Shown here one piece after another: positions 36,244-46,470 of a stretch of DNA of 64,000 bases. Position 1 is the stretch's first letter; each line of letters begins with the position of its first letter. The notes below the pieces were generated by a model that was given only the letters and a program-made list of their open reading frames with translations, did not search any database and was not told the DNA's origin. Made by a program: the position numbers and the translations under genes. The stretch comes from Escherichia coli (lineage in GTDB: Bacteria; Pseudomonadota; Gammaproteobacteria; Enterobacterales; Enterobacteriaceae): assembly GCF_044324785.1 (NCBI RefSeq), contig NZ_CP172127.1. One strand, written 5' to 3'.

Positions 36244-36696
36244 ATCAGCCAAATATGTTAATTATGTATAAACCATAGATCATTGGTAATTTTATTGTTA
36301 ATTTATTGTGAAATATTTATGCAACACAATTATTACAATGAAAAAGTATAGATAAAAAACCAGTGTTTTATTTAACAGAACCGCCCTATCCACTTTTTAT
36401 AATACCAATTGATTAGAGTAGCCAATTTGTTGCTATTTTACATAACATATTTTTATCAAAGTTAATTGATTGTTGCCTTTATGAGCACCGACCGTAAGCC
36501 CGTTATGTTATTGTTTCATTAGTAATAATCACTTAAATGTATCGATAAAACAGGTATGACTTAGCGGGAGTGATTGTTTCTGAGTGAACAGAGGACACTT
36601 TCGCCTGATAAATGAAAAATGAGCGATTTTTGCAAGTTAGTTTTTCTATAGCCGAGTACGCTCAGCGCCTCGCTTGATTACAATGAGGTTGCTGCT

Positions 36697-37641
36697 ATGA
36701 GTCCTGATAATATCGGTTCGGCTGTCAATCGCTTCTTAGGTTGGCCATCTAATGATCCTCTAAAAACAGATAACGAATCAATGACATCACCCGTGACTGT
36801 GCAGGTAATAAAGATGATTGCCGCCATCCTTGACCCACATCGGATAGTCGTTGGAATCGATACACTTTATACAACGCAGCGCGAAACATTTACCTCAGAG
36901 AGTCAACAGCTCATTGAATCAGCATTGCAAACACTTCATGTGATGAATTTAAATAACCTGGAAACAAATCTCGATGAGGAAGGTCACTATCTGGCTTTTG
37001 GATATAACGTTGACACTCCTGACAGAATAACCGTTTCTGCTTATAATGAAAAAAAGCCTGGCTGCTATGGTCAATGTCTTTTAATACAGGATGACGAAAC
37101 AGACTTATTTAACCTGATAAAAGTTAAAATTTTTGAAACCAGGCATAATTATGTCGCTCAATTGATGAGCGATCCGGAATTTATGTTCAAATTTAGTTAT
37201 AGCGCTCAACAAAATAGATTAGAACCTCATCTTCTGGTTCCCACTTATTTCCCTCTAAAAACAAACGAACCGGTTACGCAAGAGGATGTACTGTTACTTT
37301 ATCGTTTCTTTAAAATGGATGGTGATTTTAATATATTAACATCAGATGAATACATGAGTATCATGACACCTCTGATGAAGTGTGAGCGCAGCATCCACGA
37401 CCACAACAGGTATGTGACGGGCAAAGATACCCTTCTTCTGGACTATCCTCCTTCTGGTAACCAGATATATTTCCATATTTTTCCTGACGAATCAGCAACA
37501 CTAGTCCTTTATTTTTCAAACAATGACATTGAATGTTTCGTCTTTGAAAGAGATATTCCGAGCCAGTATCGCTTTTTCAAAATGTTTACCAATCTGGCAC
37601 TGGTTATTGATCAGTTAACCGATGCCAATCAAATACTTTAA
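36697..37641 (+). CDS. Hypothetical protein (314 aa), no recognisable family, low G+C
   Basis: Long ORF with GAGG RBS 8 nt upstream of ATG; AT-rich codon usage unlike flanking core genes; N-terminus rich in Ser/Thr/Asn/Pro; absent from this position in K-12 as recalled. Confidence 0.5.
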   Translation: MSPDNIGSAVNRFLGWPSNDPLKTDNESMTSPVTVQVIKMIAAILDPHRIVVGIDTLYTTQRETFTSESQQLIESALQTLHVMNLNNLETNLDEEGHYLAFGYNVDTPDRITVSAYNEKKPGCYGQCLLIQDDETDLFNLIKVKIFETRHNYVAQLMSDPEFMFKFSYSAQQNRLEPHLLVPTYFPLKTNEPVTQEDVLLLYRFFKMDGDFNILTSDEYMSIMTPLMKCERSIHDHNRYVTGKDTLLLDYPPSGNQIYFHIFPDESATLVLYFSNNDIECFVFERDIPSQYRFFKMFTNLALVIDQLTDANQIL

Positions 37642-37721
37642 TTTTTATATATTCCCTGTGGCAAATATTGCTAAACAATGCCCGGGGATTAATTTTTATT
37701 ACTCACGGAAAGATTTAAATA

Positions 37722-38144
37722 ATGATCCCATCTCAAATCTCTTTCAACACCCTTCCTGTCAATGCAACATACGCTTCAGAGACAACAGTTGACACACAAA
37801 AATTCTCTGACATCCTCTACTCAGCGGGGTGTTCCCTAAAGGATCTGGCTTATCTGAGCAGATGTCTGGCATCAATACATCCGACTATCGCCAAAAACAT
37901 TTATGAAACAGAAAATCTCAGCGATCAAAAATTACTGCATATTGATTGCCGTAGTACAAATGAAATCAAGATAAATATCTTTTTTGGTCAACAACGAGAA
38001 GGATTAATTGAAATTAATTCTGACACTGTCATTTTTCCGATATTGTCTTCATTAATTGACTCCGCCATTTCTAAATTTCAACACCAAATCCCCGTTAACG
38101 GTTCAGTAAATCCTGACCTATTGTATGAGGATTATACTGATTAA
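37722..38144 (+). CDS. Hypothetical protein (140 aa), acidic, low G+C
   Basis: ORF 80 bp downstream of and co-oriented with the 314 aa ORF; similar AT-rich composition; acidic C-terminus (LLYEDYTD). Confidence 0.4.
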   Translation: MIPSQISFNTLPVNATYASETTVDTQKFSDILYSAGCSLKDLAYLSRCLASIHPTIAKNIYETENLSDQKLLHIDCRSTNEIKINIFFGQQREGLIEINSDTVIFPILSSLIDSAISKFQHQIPVNGSVNPDLLYEDYTD

Positions 38145-38691
38145 ATCCCTCCTGTCGCGAAAAATGGCCTGCGTTATTGCCAGACGTAATAAAACTTTTG
38201 ATTAACGTTACTCGTACTGGTAGCACCTTCATGTACTTTTCTTTTTTACGAAAAATCAAAAGAGCTAACAAAGGTCATAATTCGCATGAATCATTAATTA
38301 TTTGTTATTTTCAACATTATTTTTACATTAAGCAGAGATGAATTGCAGTGAAATTCGACTTAACTTTTATGAAATGCATTTACTCATGGCTAAAGCCACG
38401 TCACAAAAATGCAAATTAGAAGTTGATCACAATTATCTCAATACATCAAATCAAGTTAATTTTAAAAATTTAACATTCATGACATTAGTTGACATAACAC
38501 ACTGAATTAAAATGATAATTTGAAAACACACTTTAAACAATCATTTCCCGAAAGACATTTTGAAAATAGATCAATTGCAACATTACGGTCAGATAAAGAC
38601 ACTCCTGTGATATTAAACCTGTGCCGTTATGAGCGGCCATAAATACGACGTGTGTAACTTATTTTACTCTCTGTCTTACAAAGGATTACCC

Positions 38692-39141
38692 ATGAAGAAA
38701 GCAACACTTGTGATTGGCGTTATTGGCGCGGACTGCCATGCAGTAGGCAATAAAGTTCTGGACCGAGTTTTTAGCAACCATGACTTCAGAGTTATTAATC
38801 TGGGCGTAATGGTCAGCCAGGACGAATATATTGATGCTGCCATTGAAACTGGTGCTGACGCGATTGTCGTCTCCTCTATCTATGGGCATGGCGATATCGA
38901 TTGTCTGGGCATGCGCGAACGCTGCATCGAGCGTGGGCTGGGTAACATCCTGCTCTATGTGGGCGGTAACCTGGTGGTCGGAAAACATGACTTCGCTGAC
39001 GTGGAAACCAAGTTCAAAGAGATGGGATTTGATCGCGTCTTTTCCCCAAGTCATGACTTAGAAGATGTTTGTCAGCTGATGGCCCACGATATCAACCAAC
39101 GTCATGACGTTGATACTCGCATTCTTGAAGAGGCAATCTGA
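38692..39141 (+). CDS. glmS: Glutamate mutase sigma (B12-binding) subunit
   Basis: [18 protein letters not shown] cobalamin-binding motif (DxHxxG); start placed at MKKATLV with AAGGA RBS; stop overlaps the next start. Confidence 0.85.
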   Translation: MKKATLVIGVIGADCHAVGNKVLDRVFSNHDFRVINLGVMVSQDEYIDAAIETGADAIVVSSIYGHGDIDCLGMRERCIERGLGNILLYVGGNLVVGKHDFADVETKFKEMGFDRVFSPSHDLEDVCQLMAHDINQRHDVDTRILEEAI

Positions 39142-40529
39142 TGCAAATCGTCTCTGTCGATATTGGATCGACGTGGACCAAAGCAGCCCTCTTCACCCGG
39201 GAGGGGGACGCGTTAACGTTGGTTAACCACGTTCTGACCCCAACCACCACCCATCATCTGGCGAAGGGGTTTTTCTCCAGCCTGGACCAGGTGTTAAACG
39301 TAGATAATGCCCTCCCCCTGTTAAACAGTGGTGAGGTTGCATTGAAGTATTCCTCCTCTGCCAAAGGTGGGCTGGCGGTTGCCGCAATGGGATTGGTGCC
39401 TTCTATCACCCTGGAAACCGCGAAAGTAACCGCTCACTCTGCGGGGGCTAAAATTGCGCAATATTACGCCTACAAGCTGAACCGCCGTGATATCCAGGCA
39501 CTGGAAGAAACGCAGCCCGATATTCTCTTGTTCACCGGCGGCACCGACGGCGGAGAAGAAAGCTACGGCCTGAATAACGCCCGTGTGCTGGCAGAATCCA
39601 AACTCGACTGCGCCATTATTTATGCCGGAAACCGGGATATTCAGGACGAGGTGCAGGAGATCCTAGGGCATAAAGACCTGACCATCGTCGACAATGTTCT
39701 GCCCGATCTTGACCATCCGAACCCTTTAGCTGCACGCCAGGCTATCTGCGACATATTCCTTAAACGCATCGTTAAAGGGAAAGGGCTGGATGTCGTTGTT
39801 GATAAAACAGGCGAAGAACCAATGCCGACACCGTGGACAGTCTTTGAACTGGTTAAGGCAATCAGTAATGTCGATCACAGCTGGAAAGAGTTCATGCTGA
39901 TCGACATGGGTGGCGCAACCACCGATGTCTATTCCGCCTGTGCCAACACGCTCTCGCCCGACACCGTTTTACACGGCGTACCGGAACCCTTCGTGAAACG
40001 GACGGTGGAAGGCGATCTGGGAATGCGCGTCTCGGCAATGGTGGTTGGTGAAAGTGCGAAAGAGTTAGTCAATGTGAATTTTGCTCAGCAACCCGCACAG
40101 CTGGACGCTTTTTATCATTACCTCCGTCATCTAGTCGCTCATCCCGACTACTTACCCGCGAATGCAGAAGAAAAATATTTCGATACCGTCCTGGCCGGAC
40201 TGTGTGTGGGTTATGCCACCGAAAGACATGCGGGCACCAAAAAAGAGGTCTGCACCTGCGTCGGCAATGTCGATTTACAGATGGGACGTGACCTGACAAC
40301 CGTGCGTAAAGTCGTCGGATCCGGCGGATGGCTCTCGCGTGCCAGTCAGTTCGATATGCATCACTGGTTGAAATACCGCGAGTTAAACGACGACGGTAAA
40401 CGCATTCTCTTACCGACCGAATTTGAATATTACCGCGATTCCCGGGGGCTATTACCACTGCTGGCAAACGTCGCCAGAGTCGATCCACTGGCCGCCGCGC
40501 GCACCAGTATTCAATGCTTAACCCTATAA
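39141..40529 (+). CDS. glmL: Glutamate mutase accessory/reactivating protein (MutL/GlmL-like)
   Basis: 462 aa starting [18 protein letters not shown] (ASKHA/actin-like ATPase fold); sits between the S and E subunit genes as in clostridial glutamate mutase operons. Confidence 0.75.
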   Translation: MQIVSVDIGSTWTKAALFTREGDALTLVNHVLTPTTTHHLAKGFFSSLDQVLNVDNALPLLNSGEVALKYSSSAKGGLAVAAMGLVPSITLETAKVTAHSAGAKIAQYYAYKLNRRDIQALEETQPDILLFTGGTDGGEESYGLNNARVLAESKLDCAIIYAGNRDIQDEVQEILGHKDLTIVDNVLPDLDHPNPLAARQAICDIFLKRIVKGKGLDVVVDKTGEEPMPTPWTVFELVKAISNVDHSWKEFMLIDMGGATTDVYSACANTLSPDTVLHGVPEPFVKRTVEGDLGMRVSAMVVGESAKELVNVNFAQQPAQLDAFYHYLRHLVAHPDYLPANAEEKYFDTVLAGLCVGYATERHAGTKKEVCTCVGNVDLQMGRDLTTVRKVVGSGGWLSRASQFDMHHWLKYRELNDDGKRILLPTEFEYYRDSRGLLPLLANVARVDPLAAARTSIQCLTL

Positions 40530-40547
40530 CAATTAAGGCTGCAATCA

Positions 40548-41993
40548 ATGGAACTTCGAAATAAGAAATTAACCCATGACGAATTCATGACCGAGCGGCA
40601 ACAGGTACTGAAAACCTGGGAAACCGGCAAGGATGTTGAAAACTTTGAAGATGGCGTTAAATACCAACAAACCATTCCTGAGCATAAACGCTTCTCTCTT
40701 GCGCTGTTGAAAGCAGACAAGGAAGGTAAAACCCTTAGCCAACCGCGCGCAGGTGTGGCGCTGATGGACGAACACATCGAACTACTGAAAACACTACAAG
40801 AAGAGTGCGATCTGCTGCCGAGCACCATCGATGCATATACCCGTCTGAATCGGTACGAAGAAGCGGCTGTAGGGATTAAAAAATCCATCGAAGCCGGAAC
40901 CTCTAAACTGAACGGTTTACCGGTAGTTAACCACGGCGTCGCAGCTTGCCGTCGCCTCACCGAAACTTTGCAAAAACCGCTACAGATCCGCCACGGCACG
41001 CCAGATGCGCGTCTGCTGGCTGAAATCTCGATGGCCAGCGGCTTTACCAGTTATGAAGGCGGCGGCATTTCCTACAATATTCCGTATGCCAAGCGCGTAA
41101 CGCTGGAAAAATCGATCCGCGACTGGCAGTACTGCGACCGTTTAATGGGGATGTATGAAGAACACGGGATCCGCATCAACCGCGAACCGTTTGGCCCACT
41201 AACGGGTACGCTGATCCCGCCGTTTATCTCGCACTCTATCGCGATAATCGAAGGATTACTGGCGCTGGAACAGGGTGTGAAATCTATCACCGTTGGTTAT
41301 GGACAGGTCGGCAGCCTGACGCAGGATGTTGCGGCGATCCAGTCTCTGCGTGAACTTGCACATGAATACTTTCAGAGCTATGGCTATACCGACTATGAAT
41401 TAAGTACCGTGTTTCACCAGTGGATGGGCGGCTTTCCGGAAGACGAATCGAAAGCGTTCGCTATTATCTCCTGGGGCGCAGCCGTCGCGGGGATGTCTGG
41501 TGCCACCAAAGTCATCACCAAAAGTCCGCACGAAGCCTGGGGTATCCCGACTGCCGCTGCCAACATTCAGGGGCTGAAAGCCTCCCGCCAGATGCTCAAC
41601 ATGGTCAATGAGCAGAAATTCCCGCCGTGCCCTGCGGTTGAACTGGAAATTGAACTGATTAAGAGCGAGGTTCGCGCGGTACTGAATAAAGTGTTCGAAC
41701 TGGGTAATGGTGATATTGCGCGCGGTACGGTGCTGGCATTTGAAGCGGGCGTACTGGATGTGCCGTTTGCGCCAGCCGCCTGCAACGCGGGCAAAATTCT
41801 TCCGGTCCGTGACAACACCGGCGCAATACGCGTACTGGAAGCCGGAGCCGTTCCATTGCCAAAAGATATTCTCGACCTCCACCACGATTACGTTGCGGAA
41901 CGCGCACGCTTTGAAGGACGCCAACCGACATTCCAGATGGTTGTAGATGACATCAATGCTGTATCCCACAGTAAATTAATAGGAAGACCATAA
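40548..41993 (+). CDS. glmE: Glutamate mutase epsilon (catalytic) subunit
   Basis: 481 aa with extensive similarity to remembered clostridial GlmE/MutE (e.g. QPRAGVALMDEHIELL, NREPFGPLTGTL, FQMVVDDI). Confidence 0.85.
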   Translation: MELRNKKLTHDEFMTERQQVLKTWETGKDVENFEDGVKYQQTIPEHKRFSLALLKADKEGKTLSQPRAGVALMDEHIELLKTLQEECDLLPSTIDAYTRLNRYEEAAVGIKKSIEAGTSKLNGLPVVNHGVAACRRLTETLQKPLQIRHGTPDARLLAEISMASGFTSYEGGGISYNIPYAKRVTLEKSIRDWQYCDRLMGMYEEHGIRINREPFGPLTGTLIPPFISHSIAIIEGLLALEQGVKSITVGYGQVGSLTQDVAAIQSLRELAHEYFQSYGYTDYELSTVFHQWMGGFPEDESKAFAIISWGAAVAGMSGATKVITKSPHEAWGIPTAAANIQGLKASRQMLNMVNEQKFPPCPAVELEIELIKSEVRAVLNKVFELGNGDIARGTVLAFEAGVLDVPFAPAACNAGKILPVRDNTGAIRVLEAGAVPLPKDILDLHHDYVAERARFEGRQPTFQMVVDDINAVSHSKLIGRP

Positions 41994-43234
41994 TGAAAAT
42001 AAAACAGGCTCTGTTCACCGCTGGCTACTCCTCATTCTATTTCGATGACCAGCAGGCGATAAAAAACGGAGCGGGTCATGACGGCTTTTTTTATACCGGG
42101 GAGCCAGTAACACAGGGGTTTAACGCCGTACGTCAGGCCGGGGAGTGCGTATCGGTACAGTTGATTCTGGAAAACGGCGCGGTCGCTGTAGGTGACTGTG
42201 CTGCCGTACAGTATTCCGGGGCAGGTGGTCGCGATCCACTGTTCCTCGCAGAGCACTTTATTCCGTTCCTCAACGACCATATTAAGCCATTACTGGTAGG
42301 CCGCGATGTAGATGCTTTCCTGCCGAATGCCCGTTTCTTCGACAAATTGCGTATTGACGGCAACTTGCTACATACCGCCGTACGCTACGGATTATCACAG
42401 GCGCTGCTTGATGCTACCGCGCTGGCAACCGGCCGTCTGAAAACTGAAGTGGTCTGTGATGAATGGCAGTTGCCACGCGTGGCGGAATCCATTCCATTAT
42501 TTGGTCAGAGCGGGGACGATCGATATATCGCCGTCGATAAGATGATCCTTAAGGGCATCGACGTGCTGCCCCATGCACTGATTAATAACGTCGAAGAGAA
42601 ACTGGGCTTTAAAGGTGAAAAACTGCGCGAATATGTCCGCTGGCTGTCGGATCGTATTCTGAGCAAGCGCACCAGCGCACGCTACCACCCTACCCTGCAC
42701 ATCGATGTATACGGCACTATCGGTCTGATCTTCGATATGGATCCGCTTCGCTGTGCGCAATACATCGCCAGCCTGGAAAAAGAAGCGCAAGGCCTGCCGC
42801 TCTACATTGAAGGGCCGGTCGATGCCGGTAACAAGACCGATCAAATTCGCCTGCTGACCGCGATTACCAAAGAGCTGACGCGCCTCGGTTCCGGCGTGAA
42901 AATTGTGGCCGATGAATGGTGTAACACCTACCAGGATATTGTTGATTTCACTGATGCCGCCAGTTGCCACATGGTGCAAATCAAAACCCCGGATCTGGGC
43001 AGTATTCACAACATCGTCGATGCAGTTCTTTATTGCAACAGCCACAGCATGGAAGCGTACCAGGGCGGCACCTGCAATGAAACTGATGTCAGTGCCCGCA
43101 CCTGTGTCCACGTCGCCCTTGCCGCTCGCCCCATGCGTATGCTGGTAAAGCCAGGGATGGGCTTTGACGAAGGCCTCGATATCGTCTTCAACGAAATGAA
43201 TCGTACTATCGCGCTGTTGCAGGCTAAGGATTAA
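41993..43234 (+). CDS. mal: 3-methylaspartate ammonia-lyase (beta-methylaspartase)
   Basis: 413 aa enolase-superfamily protein matching remembered clostridial MAL (GDCAAVQYSGAGGRDPLF, HMVQIKTPDLG); start overlaps glmE stop. Confidence 0.85.
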   Translation: MKIKQALFTAGYSSFYFDDQQAIKNGAGHDGFFYTGEPVTQGFNAVRQAGECVSVQLILENGAVAVGDCAAVQYSGAGGRDPLFLAEHFIPFLNDHIKPLLVGRDVDAFLPNARFFDKLRIDGNLLHTAVRYGLSQALLDATALATGRLKTEVVCDEWQLPRVAESIPLFGQSGDDRYIAVDKMILKGIDVLPHALINNVEEKLGFKGEKLREYVRWLSDRILSKRTSARYHPTLHIDVYGTIGLIFDMDPLRCAQYIASLEKEAQGLPLYIEGPVDAGNKTDQIRLLTAITKELTRLGSGVKIVADEWCNTYQDIVDFTDAASCHMVQIKTPDLGSIHNIVDAVLYCNSHSMEAYQGGTCNETDVSARTCVHVALAARPMRMLVKPGMGFDEGLDIVFNEMNRTIALLQAKD

Positions 43235-43237
43235 CAA

Positions 43238-44608
43238 ATGGCTCGTTCTTTTAAAGTCTTATCGCCAACGGCAATCCTCGGGTATGGATTCCCGGAAGAG
43301 AGCTTCCGCAAAGCGATGGCAGAATCGCCCGATCTGATCGCCGTTGATGCAGGCTCTTCCGATCCAGGCCCCCACTACCTCGGGGCGGGCAAACCGTTTA
43401 CCGATCGCGCAGGGGTCAAGCGCGATCTGCGCTATATGATCACCGCAGGCGTTCAAAATAATATACCGGTGGTGATCGGAACGGCCGGCGGTTCTGGTGC
43501 CGCTCCACACCTGGAGTGGTGCCGAGAAATAATTCATGAGATTGCCCGGGAAGAGCACCTCTCGTTCTCGATGGCGCTGATCCCAGCAGACGTTGACAAA
43601 GCCATCGTCCACCAGGCGCTGGATAACGGCAAAATCACGGCGCTGGATTTTGTCCCGCCGTTAACCCACGACGCGATTGACGAAAGTACGTATATCGTCG
43701 CGCAAATGGGCATCGAACCCTTCCAGCGGGCGCTGAAAGAAGGCGCGCAAGTGGTGCTGGGCGGGCGCGCTTACGACCCGGCCTGCTTTGCTGCGCTACC
43801 GATCATGCAAGGCTTTGATGAAGGTCTGGCGCTGCATTGCGGGAAAATCCTTGAATGCGCGGCAATCGCCGCAACGCCCGGCTCAGGCTCTGACTGTGCG
43901 ATGGGCATCATTGATGACAACGGCTTTACGCTGAAGACATTTAATCCGAAGCGTAAATTTACCGAAACGTCAGCAGCTGCACACACACTGTATGAGAAAT
44001 CCGATCCCTACTTCCTGCCAGGACCTGGCGGCGTGTTGAACCTGAAAGGCTGCACATTTAAAGCGGTCAATGACGGCGAAGTGTACGTCAGCGGTTCTAA
44101 GCATGAAGAAACGCCGTATGCCCTGAAACTGGAAGGTGCGCGACGGGTGGGCTTCCGCTGTCTGACCATCGCCGGAACGCGCGACCCGATCATGATCGCC
44201 GGGATCGATAAAATCATCGATGAAGTCAAAACCAGCGTTTCGCGTAACCTGTCGCTCGACGATGACAGCATTCGCATCAATTTCCACCTGTACGGCAAAA
44301 ACGGGGTGATGGGCGACCATGAACCGATGCAAACTGCCGGGCATGAGCTGGGGATTGTCCTAGATGTAGTTGCACCGACCCAGGAAATTGCCAACAGCGT
44401 TTGCTCGCTGGTGCGCTCTACTATGCTGCACTACGGCTATGAAAACCGCATCGCTACCGCAGGCAACCTGGCGTTCCCGTTCTCCCCTTCTGATATCCAG
44501 GGCGGGCCAGTATACGAATTTTCCATATATCACCTGATTGAAGCCAACGACGCTCTGCGTTTTGATTTCCATATTGAACAGGTGACGCCAGAAGGAGTTC
44601 AGGCATGA
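43238..44608 (+). CDS. DUF1446-like (AtuA-like) protein of unknown function
   Basis: 456 aa ORF beginning 4 nt after the mal stop; family assignment from memory of the N-terminal region, not verified. Confidence 0.55.
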   Translation: MARSFKVLSPTAILGYGFPEESFRKAMAESPDLIAVDAGSSDPGPHYLGAGKPFTDRAGVKRDLRYMITAGVQNNIPVVIGTAGGSGAAPHLEWCREIIHEIAREEHLSFSMALIPADVDKAIVHQALDNGKITALDFVPPLTHDAIDESTYIVAQMGIEPFQRALKEGAQVVLGGRAYDPACFAALPIMQGFDEGLALHCGKILECAAIAATPGSGSDCAMGIIDDNGFTLKTFNPKRKFTETSAAAHTLYEKSDPYFLPGPGGVLNLKGCTFKAVNDGEVYVSGSKHEETPYALKLEGARRVGFRCLTIAGTRDPIMIAGIDKIIDEVKTSVSRNLSLDDDSIRINFHLYGKNGVMGDHEPMQTAGHELGIVLDVVAPTQEIANSVCSLVRSTMLHYGYENRIATAGNLAFPFSPSDIQGGPVYEFSIYHLIEANDALRFDFHIEQVTPEGVQA

Positions 44609-44922
44609 AACAGTCAATTGTCTCACTGGCGCAAGTCATTCGTTCGAAAAATGCCGGACCTTACGAACTGGTTTTAGATATTTTATTTAAAACCAAAGAA
44701 AACTATGAGCGAGTTAAATCATCAGGGCAATTAACCCCAGAACTGATTGCGCGCTTATATCATGTTGAACCTGACTTTATTCACCGTATTGTCTGGTTTG
44801 ATCCTTCTAACGCAGTAAAAATCGTCATGCCACGAGATATTATCTCCGGGAATGTAGGTGACAATGATGTCTATGGTGCACAGCAACATGCACCTTTATT
44901 AAATATGAGTTTCGATTTGTAA
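44605..44922 (+). CDS. Small protein (105 aa), DUF4387-like
   Basis: Start overlaps the stop of the preceding ORF (ATGA); DUF1446/DUF4387 pairing recalled from other genomes. Confidence 0.5.
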   Translation: MKQSIVSLAQVIRSKNAGPYELVLDILFKTKENYERVKSSGQLTPELIARLYHVEPDFIHRIVWFDPSNAVKIVMPRDIISGNVGDNDVYGAQQHAPLLNMSFDL

Positions 44923-45003
44923 AAATCCGAACATTTTTAGCCAACTGACATCCCGTCACTTATTGCAGTTCAACACTTCAGCTATTTGTAAGGTTGTAAT
45001 AGC

Positions 45004-45055
45004 AGGTAGATGCCTGAATCTCTATTCGGGCATCTACTTCTCCTGATTCTGATTT
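45004..45055 (+). terminator. Candidate hairpin/partial terminator between the enzyme block and the transporter gene
   Basis: 10 bp stem GTAGATGCC..GGCATCTAC followed by a T-rich tract (ttctcctgattctgattt). Confidence 0.3.
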
Positions 45056-45082
45056 ATCGCCGTGCACCTGATGGAGGAAAAA

Positions 45083-46363
45083 ATGAAGAAAATAAGTTTA
45101 ACCACGATGATTCTTTTGGCGCTGGTACTTGGAATGATTATCGGCGTAGTGCTCAATAACACTGCTTCACCGGAAACCGCAAAACTCTATGCGCAAGAAA
45201 TATCGATATTCACGACGATTTTCTTACGACTGATAAAAATGATTATCGCTCCGTTAGTGGTCTCTACCCTGGTGGTAGGTATAGCTAAAATGGGCGATGC
45301 CAAAGCCCTTGGTCGTATTTTTTCTAAAACACTCTTTTTATTTATTTGCGCCTCATTGCTGTCAATTGCCTTAGGCTTGATAACAGTAAATTTCTTCATG
45401 CCAGGCACAGGAATTAATTTTGTTGCACACGGAGCCGAAACCACCGGAGTGGTCGCGTCAGAACCCTTTACGCTAAAAGTATTTATTTCGCATGCTTTCC
45501 CCACCAGCATTGTCGATGCCATGGCGCACAATGAAATTTTGCAAATCGTGGTGTTCTCAATTTTCCTCGGCTGTAGCCTGACGGCGATTGGCGAGAAAGG
45601 CAGCGCCATCGTTCACGCCTTAGATTCGCTGGCACATGCCATGTTAAAGCTCACTGGCTACGTCATGCTCTTCGCTCCCCTGACCGTATTCGCTGCTATT
45701 TCAGCATTGATTGCTGAACGAGGACTGGCAGTTATGGTGAGCGCCGGGATCTTTATGGGTGAATTTTATTTCACCATGTTATTACTTTGGGTGCTGCTTA
45801 TCGGTCTGGCCATCGTTTATGTCGGCCCCTGCATCAGACGCCTGACCCGCGCCCTTTCGGAACCCGCCCTGCTGGCATTTACCACATCCAGTTCTGAAGC
45901 GGCTTTTCCGGGAACGCTTGAAAAACTGGAGCAATTTGGCGTTTCCCCCAAAATTGCCAGCTTTGTCTTACCCATTGGCTACTCATTTAATCTCGTTGGA
46001 TCAATGGCCTACTGCTCCTTCGCCACAGTTTTCATCGCCCAGGCCTGCAATATCCATTTATCCATCGGTGAGCAAATCACCATGCTGTTGATCCTGATGT
46101 TGACCTCGAAAGGAATGGCTGGCGTACCACGCGCCTCAATGGTGGTTATCGCCGCCACGCTCAACCAGTTCAATATTCCGGAAGCGGGGCTGATCTTGCT
46201 GATGGGCGTTGATCCGTTCCTTGATATGGGGCGTTCCGCGACAAACGTCATGAGCAACGCAATGGGCGCTGCGATGGTGAGTCGGTGGGAAGGCGAACAT
46301 TTCGGCGAGGGCTGTCGGGGTAAAGCATTAAAACCCAATGAATCGAACGTTGCTCTGCCCTGA
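45083..46363 (+). CDS. Dicarboxylate/amino acid:cation symporter (GltP/DctA family), probable glutamate uptake
   Basis: Hydrophobic ORF, start placed at MKKISL with GGAGG RBS; GltP-like N-terminus. Confidence 0.8.
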   Translation: MKKISLTTMILLALVLGMIIGVVLNNTASPETAKLYAQEISIFTTIFLRLIKMIIAPLVVSTLVVGIAKMGDAKALGRIFSKTLFLFICASLLSIALGLITVNFFMPGTGINFVAHGAETTGVVASEPFTLKVFISHAFPTSIVDAMAHNEILQIVVFSIFLGCSLTAIGEKGSAIVHALDSLAHAMLKLTGYVMLFAPLTVFAAISALIAERGLAVMVSAGIFMGEFYFTMLLLWVLLIGLAIVYVGPCIRRLTRALSEPALLAFTTSSSEAAFPGTLEKLEQFGVSPKIASFVLPIGYSFNLVGSMAYCSFATVFIAQACNIHLSIGEQITMLLILMLTSKGMAGVPRASMVVIAATLNQFNIPEAGLILLMGVDPFLDMGRSATNVMSNAMGAAMVSRWEGEHFGEGCRGKALKPNESNVALP

Positions 46364-46470
46364 GGGGGATCTTAAGCAATCAGAAGCCAATGACTACGCA
46401 TTTTTATAAGCCGGATCATGAAGTTAGACGGCAATTAAGTAACACTAACGTTTAAGGTGAAAAGTGAAAT

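Noticed and set aside
38145-38691. Possible cobalamin riboswitch upstream of the B12-dependent mutase operon
   Set aside because: Region is extremely AT-rich and I could not find a B12-box-like or GC-rich multi-stem element; not called without a covariance-model scan.
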